From the NCBI GenBank assembly GCA_030606485.1, contig JAUWGH010000003.1, positions 210,001-242,000 of the forward strand: a DNA stretch of 32,000 nt. Reading direction: 5' to 3'. This stretch comes from Promethearchaeota archaeon (GTDB lineage Archaea > Asgardarchaeota > Lokiarchaeia > Sigyniarchaeales > SOKP01). Below, one piece after another: positions 1 through 8,436 of the stretch; position 1 is the first letter of the stretch; each line of letters opens with the position of its first letter. The notes under the pieces were generated by a model that saw nothing but the letters and a program-made list of their open reading frames with translations, was not told the DNA's origin and did not search any database. Made by a program: the position numbers and the translations under genes.

Positions 1-7
1 AAAGATA

Positions 8-1255
8 ATGGGAGTACAACCAGCAATAGTTAGTGCGGGGTTTAGTGAACACGCATCAAAAAGATCGGATGTAAATATGGCAGAATTGATGAATGAGGCA
101 ATTGAAGATGCTTTAAACAAATGTAATTGTACAATTGATGATATTGACTGTGTTATCAATGGAAATATGCCTGCATTCGAAGGTGCTAATATTCCAGAGT
201 TGTGGATGACAGATCATATAGGAGCAAAAAATAAACCATTTATGAGGGTAACCACTGGTGGAACCACAGGAGGTTCAGTAGCGATTGCAGCATATTATGC
301 TGTAGCATCAGGGTTATATGATACAGTTTTAGCAACATCATTTGAACAACAATCTTGTGGAAGTACTACAGTTGGTTTATCATCAGTTGCTTTAGGTGAA
401 GTTTCAATATATCTACAATTGGGATATGATTTTGAAAAATTAAGAAGAAATATGGGTGCGGGAGCAGCAATCGGAATTGGTGCATATCAAGCGATAAATT
501 ATATGAGACGAAGTCATTGCACTGAAGAAGATCTAGCCAGAGTTGTTGTTCAAAATAGACATAATGCTGCAAAAAATTGGTGGACTCATTTAAAAATGCC
601 AAACATTACAATTGAGCAAATATTAGAAACACCTTATATCTCATATCCCTTGCGATTTGGTATGGTTACACCAGCTTCAGACGGTAGTTGCGCTATGATA
701 TATACTACTGAAGAAAATGCTAAAAAATTTACAGATACTCCTGTTTATGTGAATGGAGTTGCAAGTGTTAGTAATGAAAATGCAATAGTAGCGCCAGAGG
801 CTTCTGGTTGTGGGCAAATTGACCCTTGTGAGCAATTAAGCGCTACAATATCTGCAAAATTAGCTTATGAACAGGCAGGCATTTCATTTCCAGAGAAAGA
901 AATCGATTATGTTGAAGTATATTCACCATTTCCAAATCAAGAATTTATGTGGCTAGAAAGATTGGGGCTATTTGAAGAAAATACCGCACCTATGCAATAT
1001 AGGGAAGGGGTAACAGCCCTTGATGGAGATTTACCGGTAAATTGCTCAGGTGGAGTAAATTCAACTAATGCTATTGGTGCTTCAGCAATGGAAAGAGTAG
1101 CAGAAGCGGCTTTACAGATCATGGGAAAAGCAGGGAATCAAAGTCCAAAAGAGATACATACAGCAATTGGTCATGGTTGGGGTGGTACTATTAATTTAAT
1201 TACATTATCCGTTTTGGCTGATCAACCAAGAAGAAAATATAAAGGAGGGATATAA
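8..1255 (+). CDS. Thiolase-superfamily protein, Ltp3-like (SCP-x/non-specific lipid transfer type), probable aldolase/retro-aldolase
   Basis: Thiolase-fold motifs (PASDGSCAM, NCSGG..N.IGAS, GHGWGG). The canonical Cys site reads TTGGTTGGS, and EVYSPF replaces the E.HD.F motif. From memory it closely resembles actinobacterial Ltp3. Confidence 0.85.
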   Translation: MGVQPAIVSAGFSEHASKRSDVNMAELMNEAIEDALNKCNCTIDDIDCVINGNMPAFEGANIPELWMTDHIGAKNKPFMRVTTGGTTGGSVAIAAYYAVASGLYDTVLATSFEQQSCGSTTVGLSSVALGEVSIYLQLGYDFEKLRRNMGAGAAIGIGAYQAINYMRRSHCTEEDLARVVVQNRHNAAKNWWTHLKMPNITIEQILETPYISYPLRFGMVTPASDGSCAMIYTTEENAKKFTDTPVYVNGVASVSNENAIVAPEASGCGQIDPCEQLSATISAKLAYEQAGISFPEKEIDYVEVYSPFPNQEFMWLERLGLFEENTAPMQYREGVTALDGDLPVNCSGGVNSTNAIGASAMERVAEAALQIMGKAGNQSPKEIHTAIGHGWGGTINLITLSVLADQPRRKYKGGI

Positions 1256-1256
1256 A

Positions 1257-1778
1257 ATGGTAAGATTAGAATATATTAAAAAACAATATACAAGAACAAG
1301 AAGAGTGCATGGAAATTGGTATTTGGCCTCATATCAATATAAATTCAATGTTAAAAGAATTAATCAGTGTCTTGAACATCTAAGGAAGGGAGAACTAGTT
1401 GGATTGAAATGTCGTTCTTGCAATACAGTGTCTTTCCCTCCCAGACTTATATGTCCCAAGTGTTTAAAAATGCCAGATGAATGGGTTCATTTGAGGGATA
1501 CAGCTACCGTAGCAACTTTTTCTGGAACTTACGCTCAAGAAGCTGGAGATACAGAACCAAGACCTTATCCTGTTGTAGCAATTCGTCAAGATGGTTCGGA
1601 TACAACTTGGCTTGCAAATTTACCGGAAGGCTATGATTTCTTTAAAGTCTATGTTGGGATGCCTTTAAAAGTTAAATGGGCGGAGGATAAAAAAGGAGAT
1701 TTTAGTGATATTGAATATTATGAGCCAATAGAAGATCCAAGCATTGAAATGAACAAAAAAGAGGAAGCAGAGAAATAA
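1257..1778 (+). CDS. DUF35/ChsH2-type Zn-ribbon plus OB-fold protein, thiolase partner
   Basis: CRSC...PPRLICPKC Zn ribbon followed by OB-fold-like strands. It starts 2 nt after the thiolase stop, with RBS GGAGG. Confidence 0.88.
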   Translation: MVRLEYIKKQYTRTRRVHGNWYLASYQYKFNVKRINQCLEHLRKGELVGLKCRSCNTVSFPPRLICPKCLKMPDEWVHLRDTATVATFSGTYAQEAGDTEPRPYPVVAIRQDGSDTTWLANLPEGYDFFKVYVGMPLKVKWAEDKKGDFSDIEYYEPIEDPSIEMNKKEEAEK

Positions 1779-1874
1779 TTTAAGTATACATTGATTCTCA
1801 ATTATTTATTTTAAATATTTTTATTCTTTTTTTTTTACTTACTACATCTTAGATTTATATTTTGATATTTTCAT

Positions 1875-1890
1875 AAAGATTTTTAATATA
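1875..1890 (+). promoter_or_regulatory. Putative archaeal BRE/TATA promoter of the dehydrogenase-hisS-pyrF run
   Basis: AAAGATTTTTAATATA about 50 nt upstream of the ATG at 1941. Similar AAGATTTW motifs occur before hdrA, the MFS gene and lutA. Confidence 0.45.
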
Positions 1891-1940
1891 ATACTAAGAG
1901 TTATTCATTAAGTAAAATAAAAAAGAGTATAAAAATTTTC

Positions 1941-2903
1941 ATGAAAGCGGCTGTTTTTAAGGGATTAAAAGAAAAAATAAAAATAATTGAAGATTATCCT
2001 AAACCAGTTCCAGATAAGGATGAAATTTTAATAAAAGTTAAATTCTGCGGTATTTGTGGAACCGATGTATCTAGCTATTTTTATCAACTAGGTAATGTTC
2101 CAATTATTATGGGGCATGAGTTTTCAGGCTTTATAGAATCACTTGGAGAGAATGTCAAAAATTTTCAAGTAGGAGACACAGTTTCGGCTTGGGCAGATAA
2201 AGAATATTTCGGGAATGTTGAGGATGGTGGATTTGCTGAATATATAAAAGTAAAAGAGAGTTATGTAGTGAAAAAACCAAATGAAATAACTTTTGAAGAA
2301 ATGTGTCTTGCAGAGCCTGTATCGTGCCTTACTCATGCGCGAGATATTTCGGGAATAGGAAAAAATGAAGGAGTTATTATTTTAGGGAGTGGTGTTATGG
2401 GAATCTCTTTATTGCAAGTATTATTAGCAACGAGAGAACCTAAGTATGTAATAATGGTAGATTTTAATCAAAGTTTACTTGATAAAGCAATGGAGTTAGG
2501 AGCAAGTGCTTGTTTTACACCAAAACAAAAAGTAAAGATAAGGAAATTTATAAAAGAGCATGGAGCTTGTTCTTTTGTATATGATTGTGCTGGAACAGAA
2601 TCTTCTTATTTATTAAGTCTAGAATTAGTTGAAAAAGGTGGAACGGTATTACTCGAGGGGATTAAAAGAGGAAATATTCCAATACCAATGTTTATGATTG
2701 TATATAACGAAATTGTAGTTAAGGGAAGCCTTTGTCAAACCAGAAAAGACTTTTTGGAAGCTATAGAACTCATAAAAAATAAAAAGATAAACACACAAAA
2801 AATGATTTCAGATATAATTCCTCTAGAGAAGGTTCAGGAGGGAATAGAAAGAATGAAAAAAAGTGATAGAACTGAAATTAAAATTTTAATAAAAATATCA
2901 TAA
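1941..2903 (+). CDS. Zn-dependent medium-chain alcohol dehydrogenase (MDR family)
   Basis: CGICGTD and GHE catalytic Zn motifs, GGFAEY, AEP, GSGVMG Rossmann motif and an acidic residue (VDFN) suggesting NAD preference. Confidence 0.88.
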   Translation: MKAAVFKGLKEKIKIIEDYPKPVPDKDEILIKVKFCGICGTDVSSYFYQLGNVPIIMGHEFSGFIESLGENVKNFQVGDTVSAWADKEYFGNVEDGGFAEYIKVKESYVVKKPNEITFEEMCLAEPVSCLTHARDISGIGKNEGVIILGSGVMGISLLQVLLATREPKYVIMVDFNQSLLDKAMELGASACFTPKQKVKIRKFIKEHGACSFVYDCAGTESSYLLSLELVEKGGTVLLEGIKRGNIPIPMFMIVYNEIVVKGSLCQTRKDFLEAIELIKNKKINTQKMISDIIPLEKVQEGIERMKKSDRTEIKILIKIS

Positions 2904-2936
2904 TTTAATAGTTTTTTTCTCATTATTAGTCTTAAG

Positions 2937-4274
2937 ATGAAAGAAAAATTTAATAATCAGCCATTAAGAGGAATGGCAGACCGTTTCCCTCCTGATATGA
3001 GGGAAGAATATTATATAATTAATAAAATTAGGGATATTTCTAAAAAATATATATATGAAGAATTTGAAACTCCACTTTTAGAACCTATAGAGATTTATGC
3101 TGCAAAATCATCAGACGAGTTAATATATGAGCAATCATTTACTTTTACGAGTAAAGGTGGAGATGAATTAATACTAAGACCAGAATTAACTCCTTCTTTA
3201 GCCCGAATGATATCAAGAAAGAGTCAAGAAATGAAGAAACCCATTCGTTGGTTTAGCGTTCCAACTTGTTATCGCTACGAAAGGCCACAGAGAGGGCGAG
3301 CGAGAGAGTTCAAACAAGTTAATTTTGATATTTTAGGCGAGATTAGTTTATTAGAAGAAGTTGAAATACTTAATATATCTATAGATATTTTTACATCATT
3401 TGGTGCAACAAGTGATCAATTTCAAATATATTATAATAACAGACGTTTAATTGATGCGATTTTTAAATTCATTCTTAAAATTCCTGATACCTTTTATATG
3501 AAAGTTTATAAGACACTTGATAAATCTGATAAAATGGAAGATGAGGAATACCAAAAATACTTGATGGATACTTTTAACGATGATAAATTAGTAAAGAATA
3601 TTTTACAATTAAATGAGATTAATGATATTGAGAATTTACCTTATGATAACATTCCAAATGAATTTTATAATTCTCAGGGATATAAAGAAATAAAACAGTT
3701 GCAAAAATTATTAAAAGAAACAAATTTGGAAGAATATTGCACCTTTTCAGCTGGTGTAGTAAGAGGTTTAGATTATTACACAGGAACTGTTTATGAAGTA
3801 TATGATATGGGAGAAGAAAATAGAAGGGCTATTTTTGGTGGTGGTAGGTATGATGATTTATTAACTTTATTTTCCAATGAACAGATATCTGGGATTGGTT
3901 TTGGAATGGGACTCTTATCATTTAAATTGTTTTTACGAACCTATAAGCTGATTCCAGAGAATGTAAAAGAGTTAGATTATTCAAATATTATTTATATAAC
4001 AACGTTTAATGAGAAACTTGCTCCTTTAAGCATTAAATTATCTCAAAAACTTAGAAAAATGGGTTTTGAATGTCTTATTGACTATTCTTGTGGAAAGTTG
4101 GGAAATCAAATAAGCAAAGCTAATGAATTAAATTGTAAAGCAGTTGTAATAATTGGACCAAAAGAACAGGAAGAAAAATCAGTAACTATTAAAAATTTGC
4201 TCACTAATACTCAAAAAACACCAAAATTAAAAGATTTAAATGTAAAAGTTTTAGAAGATATACTTAAAAAGTGA
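2937..4274 (+). CDS. hisS: Histidyl-tRNA synthetase
   Basis: RGMAD, LRPELTPSLAR, YRYERPQRGRAREF, RGLDYYTGTVYE, GGGRYD and GFGMG motifs, plus a C-terminal anticodon-binding domain. Confidence 0.97.
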   Translation: MKEKFNNQPLRGMADRFPPDMREEYYIINKIRDISKKYIYEEFETPLLEPIEIYAAKSSDELIYEQSFTFTSKGGDELILRPELTPSLARMISRKSQEMKKPIRWFSVPTCYRYERPQRGRAREFKQVNFDILGEISLLEEVEILNISIDIFTSFGATSDQFQIYYNNRRLIDAIFKFILKIPDTFYMKVYKTLDKSDKMEDEEYQKYLMDTFNDDKLVKNILQLNEINDIENLPYDNIPNEFYNSQGYKEIKQLQKLLKETNLEEYCTFSAGVVRGLDYYTGTVYEVYDMGEENRRAIFGGGRYDDLLTLFSNEQISGIGFGMGLLSFKLFLRTYKLIPENVKELDYSNIIYITTFNEKLAPLSIKLSQKLRKMGFECLIDYSCGKLGNQISKANELNCKAVVIIGPKEQEEKSVTIKNLLTNTQKTPKLKDLNVKVLEDILKK

Positions 4275-4280
4275 ATTTTT

Positions 4281-5258
4281 ATGGGCAAAAATTTTGCGGA
4301 TGAATTGATTTCACAAATTCAGGAGAAAAAATCAATAATTTGTATCGGTTTGGATCCTCGGCTCCCGGGTGATAATGAAACAAATTTCATCCCACAATTT
4401 CTAATAGATGAATATAGTGATAATTCTAAGGTGATTTTTGAATTTAATAAAAGATTGATTGATGCCACAGTTGAATTTACTCCAATCTATAAACCCAACA
4501 TAGCTTTTTATGAAAAATATGAAGCATTAACAGGATTAAAAAAAACAATAAGATATATTCAAAAAAAAAATGCATTAGTTATTTTAGATGCAAAAAGAGG
4601 AGATATCGGAACTACATGTCAAGCATATGCTTCAAATCTTTTTGAAGGGTATAATGCTGATTCAATAACATTAAATTCTTATTTTGGAAGTGACGGTGTT
4701 ACGCCATTTTTATCCTATAAAGAGAAAGGATTTTTTACTCAAGTTAAAAATTCAAATAAGAGTTCTGCAGAATTTCAAGATTTATTCTCAATTCGTTTAG
4801 AAAATGTCCCAATTGAACAAGTTGCAATTGAGATTGAGAAAATTAAAGGAAAAAAAATAATTTTAGAGAGAAATTTTATTCATATGGCGCGTTTAGTTAA
4901 AGAGTGGGGTAAAGAATTAATAGGAACAAATGAGTACAGCTCATTTGGCGCTGTAGTGGGAGCAACTTTTCCTGAACAGATGATCTCAATTCGAAAGATA
5001 ATAGATAATTGTTTTCTATTAATTCCGGGTTATGGCACACAAGGTGCTACAGCGGAGGACGTGGTTCATGGAGTAAACGACGATGGATTAGGAGCAATTA
5101 TTAATTCATCTCGAAGCATTGATTTTGCATATCAGAAACTGAATTATTCTAAAAAATTCTCTCCCGAAAATTTTGATAAAGCAGCAAGTGAATCTGCATT
5201 GAAAATGAGGGAAGACATTAATAAAAAATTAAAGCAGAATAATAAAAGGATAATTTAA
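4281..5258 (+). CDS. pyrF: Orotidine-5'-phosphate decarboxylase (subfamily 2 type)
   Basis: CIGLDP, YKPNIAFYE, DAKRGDIGTT active-site motif, GAVVGATFP, LIPGYGTQG and INSSRSI. Confidence 0.95.
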   Translation: MGKNFADELISQIQEKKSIICIGLDPRLPGDNETNFIPQFLIDEYSDNSKVIFEFNKRLIDATVEFTPIYKPNIAFYEKYEALTGLKKTIRYIQKKNALVILDAKRGDIGTTCQAYASNLFEGYNADSITLNSYFGSDGVTPFLSYKEKGFFTQVKNSNKSSAEFQDLFSIRLENVPIEQVAIEIEKIKGKKIILERNFIHMARLVKEWGKELIGTNEYSSFGAVVGATFPEQMISIRKIIDNCFLLIPGYGTQGATAEDVVHGVNDDGLGAIINSSRSIDFAYQKLNYSKKFSPENFDKAASESALKMREDINKKLKQNNKRII

Positions 5259-5270
5259 ATCTCCAATTTT

Positions 5271-5660
5271 TTATATTTCTCCCATTAATGGTGCAATTAT
5301 TGACATTGCGACTGTAATAGGAATTATTAATAAAACCGTAATAAAAATTGCCTTTTTAATTCCGGTGTCATGGAAAATATTAATCATATTTGTCACAATG
5401 AATGTAGCTAGAGCTGCTAACCCAAGAATTGGAACAATACTAAAACCTCTCATTTCAATAAACATTAATTGCATCATGATAAACATGATTGTTCCCAAAT
5501 AAATGAGATAATATATTAAAACTTGCTTCATACCCGTCTTTTTTTCCGCTTTAACGATAACCAATCCCACCTTTAATAATAATATTCCAATCAATGAAGC
5601 CACTGATATTATCACTATTTGGATAATCATTTCAACAGGAATTCCATTTTGAAATAACAT
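5271..5660 (-). CDS. Hypothetical small membrane protein (about 4 TM helices)
   Basis: 129-aa hydrophobic ORF with RBS-like AGGTA 5 nt before the ATG. Confidence 0.65.
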   Translation of the reverse strand: MLFQNGIPVEMIIQIVIISVASLIGILLLKVGLVIVKAEKKTGMKQVLIYYLIYLGTIMFIMMQLMFIEMRGFSIVPILGLAALATFIVTNMINIFHDTGIKKAIFITVLLIIPITVAMSIIAPLMGEI

Positions 5661-5718
5661 ATCAATACCTTATTGTAAAAAGTAATTTATTTATAATTTT
5701 GTTTATATTTTTACAGAT

Positions 5719-5730
5719 AAAAGATTTAAA
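5719..5730 (+). promoter_or_regulatory. Putative BRE/TATA promoter of hdrA-mvhD
   Basis: AAAAGATTTAAA about 105 nt upstream of the ATG at 5837. Confidence 0.4.
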
Positions 5731-5836
5731 GTTAAATTTAATTTATCTAACTTAATTATAATTAATCAAAAATAATACACTTTAATAAATTTGGAGGAAT
5801 ATTTTAAAAGGAAAAATAAAAATTAAGGTCATTGGA

Positions 5837-7801
5837 ATGGAAACTGAAGAAATAAGAATATTTGTAGCAGTATGTCGTTGAGGGATAAATATTGGTGGAT
5901 ACATCGATACAAAAGCTTTAGCTGAATATGCCAAAACATTACCTAATGTTGTAGCATCAAAAGACTATATAAGTATGTGTACTGAAGGTGGTGCAGTATT
6001 TATAAAAGACAACATGGAAGAGGCCAATTGCAATAGACTAATAGTTTGTGCTTGAACCCCTATAACACATGAACCTGTATTTAAGAAGGTTCTGGAAGGA
6101 ATTAATATTGATCCATCTTATTTAGAATTTTGCAATATTAGGGAGCATTCATCATTAGTCCATATGCATGATAAAGAAGGAGCATTAAAGGTGGCAAGAG
6201 ATTTGCTTCGTTCTGCTGTAGCAAGAGCCTTAAAATTAGAAAAAGTTCTAATTAGAGAGGTTGATGTAATCGATAAGATATTAATCATTGGTGGAGGAGT
6301 TGCGGGATTAAAGACTGCTATTGAATTAGCAGATGAGTATTTTGATGTATTTTTAGTAGAAAAAGAACCCACAATTGGTGGGAAGATGGCGATGCTTGAC
6401 AGAACATTCCCTACTGACGATTGTAGCATTTGAATTTTAGGACCTATAATGTTAGATGTTGCCCGAAATGAAAAAATTAGATTATTTACATATTCTGAAG
6501 TAACAGATATCTCAGGATATATAGGGAATTTTTCCGTTGAAATTACAAAAAAGCCAAGATATGTGAAGGATATTTGCAATGGCTGCAGTGCATGTATGGA
6601 TGTTTGCCCCGCGCGTGGTTATAACGAATTTAATCTTGGATTAAATCCTAGACCTGCGATTTACATTAGTTTTCCACAGGCAGTTCCTTCACTTGCCCAA
6701 ATTGATATGGATAAATGCATCAAATGTGGCTTATGCATTGGGGCCTGTGAGTTAGAAGCAATAGATTTTGACCAAAAAGCTGAAAAAATAAATGTAAAAG
6801 TAGGAACAATATCTGTAGCTACTGGTTGGGACGAATATATTCCAGAGGATGGTTACTTAGGATATAATAAATATGATAACGTAATTACTCAATTACAACT
6901 TGAACGAATTTTGGCACCAAATGGACCAACAATGGGCCAACTTGTAAGACCATCTGATGGGAAGGGACCCAAAAGGATTTTATTTATACAATGTGTTGGC
7001 TCACGAGATTTTAATAGAAACGTATATTGTTCAAGTGGAGTATGTTGTATGGTAAGTATAAAGAATTCAAAACTTATTAAACAGCATTACCCAGATGCAG
7101 AGATTACCGTTGCTTACATGGATATACGTGCATCGGGAAAATATTATGAGGAATATTATACTGCTTCTAGAATAGCAGGTGTAAAGTTTTTAAGAACTAA
7201 TATTTCTCGAATTGAAGAGGTTCCTGAAACGAAAAACTTGAGAATTTTCGTCCAAGATACATTAAGAGAATCTTTAGGTGTTCAAGAGATGGAATTTGAT
7301 TTAATTATTTTATCTGCTGCTATGATACCTAATTATGATATATTATCGCTGAATAAAATATTAAAATTGGAAGTTTCTCCTGATGGTTTTTTCAAAGAAA
7401 CACACCCAAGATTAGAACCAATAAATACTAAAATTCCAGGTATATCGCTTGCAGGAGTTTCTCAAGGGCCAAAGTCTATTGCTGAATCGATTATGCAAGC
7501 CGGGGGATCTGCAGCTTCAGCTGGGAAATTAATGATACGCAAAAAATACAAAATAGATCTGATAATTGCAGATGTCGACAAGGAAAAATGTAGCAAATGT
7601 GGATTATGTATATTAAACTGTTCATATAATGCTATTGATATGACGGAAGATGGAGCTGAAGTTGATGATATTAACTGTAGGGGTTGCGGTTCATGCCTTT
7701 CAAATTGTCCAAGTGAAGCAATAACTTTAAGATATTACAGAGAATCACACTATGAAGCCCAAATTGATGCATTATTAAAAGAGTTTGAAGAGGTGGCGTA
7801 G
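5837..7801 (+). CDS. hdrA: Heterodisulfide reductase subunit A-like flavoprotein, 654 aa, with three in-frame UGA (predicted selenocysteine at codons 15, 73 and 199)
   Basis: One reading frame from ATG 5837 to TAG 7801, interrupted only by TGA at 5879, 6053 and 6431. Contexts are VCR-U-GINIGG, VCA-U-TPITHEP and FPTDDCSI-U-ILGP. Also present: IIGGGVAG FAD motif, four ferredoxin CxxCxxCxxxC motifs and QCVGSRD...YCSSGVCC. Confidence 0.93.
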
Positions 7802-7806
7802 AAAGA

Positions 7807-8223
7807 ATGGAAAATTTAAAAATTCTGGCTTTTCTTTGTTTGAAATGAGGATATGGGGCAGCTGATATGGCTGGGACGATTCGAGCACAATATCCTACCA
7901 CAATTAGACCAATTAGGGTAAACTGTACAGCAAGAGTAACTCCAAGCTTAATCATGAGATCAATTGGTAATGGAGCCGATGGTGTTTTAGTAGTTGGATG
8001 ATATCCAGGTGAATGTGATTATGAAATTGGGAATAAAATTGCTTTAAAAAATGTGGAATACGTGCAAGAAATATTAGAAGTTATTGGTTTTAGCCCAGAG
8101 AGAGTATTTATGGAGTATTGTAGCTCAGCGGAAGGAGATAAATTCCAAAAAACTGCAATAATAACTTCGGAAAAGATTAATAAGCTTGGAAAAAGTCCCC
8201 TCAACAAATTAAAAACCGAATAG
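7807..8223 (+). CDS. mvhD: MvhD/VhuD (FlpD) [2Fe-2S] hydrogenase delta subunit, 138 aa, with two in-frame UGA (predicted Sec14 and Sec65); absent from the ORF track
   Basis: Manual translation: MENLKILAFLCLK-U-GYGAADMAGTIRAQYPTTIRPIRVNCTARVT...GADGVLVVG-U-YPGECDYEIGN...YCSSAEGDKF...LGKSPL. TGA at 7846 and 7999, stop TAG at 8221-8223. Confidence 0.93.
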
Positions 8224-8250
8224 AATGAATAATATGAATAAATTTTAGTC

Positions 8251-8290
8251 GTATTATGACTTCCTATCGCAATAGGATTCGGAATTATAC
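8251..8290 (+). promoter_or_regulatory. Candidate eukaryote-like (Loki-type) SECIS element 1 in the 3' UTR of hdrA-mvhD
   Basis: GTAT/ATAC lower helix, AUGA at 8256-8259 and GA at 8282-8283 (22 nt apart), C-G pair next to the core, and an upper hairpin TCCTAT-cgca-ATAGGA. Confidence 0.65.
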
Positions 8291-8357
8291 TTTTTTAATT
8301 TTTATATGGAAATATTTAAAAAAACTTAATCAAAATTTGCTTTTCTATTAAAATTCA

Positions 8358-8399
8358 AATATTATGACTTTTTATAAAATTTAAAAAATGAAATTTTTT
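8358..8399 (+). promoter_or_regulatory. Candidate SECIS element 2
   Basis: Repeats the 11-mer TATTATGACTT of element 1. AUGA at 8364-8367 and GA at 8390-8391 have the same 22-nt spacing. The stem is AU-only (TTTTT/AAAAA), so it is weaker. Confidence 0.45.
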
Positions 8400-8436
8400 A
8401 TTTTTTAATAATTTATTCAATCAGCAGAGATTTCCC

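Noticed and set aside
4272-4283. hisS ends in TGA, and pyrF starts in the same frame two codons later (TGA ATT TTT ATG), suggesting a UGA read-through HisRS-PyrF fusion.
   Set aside because: HisRS is complete at this point, the UGA is not at a conserved Cys position, pyrF has its own ATG, and I saw no SECIS-like element after pyrF. Same-frame adjacency occurs by chance one time in three.
5837-8223. Interpretation of hdrA/mvhD as pseudogenes.
   Set aside because: All five interruptions are TGA at Cys-equivalent sites, with no frameshifts, TAA or TAG, and SECIS-like elements follow.
8234-8259. A third AUGA...GA pairing just after the mvhD stop.
   Set aside because: The spacing is 20 nt rather than 22, only about 4 weak AU pairs form, and it overlaps the better element 1.
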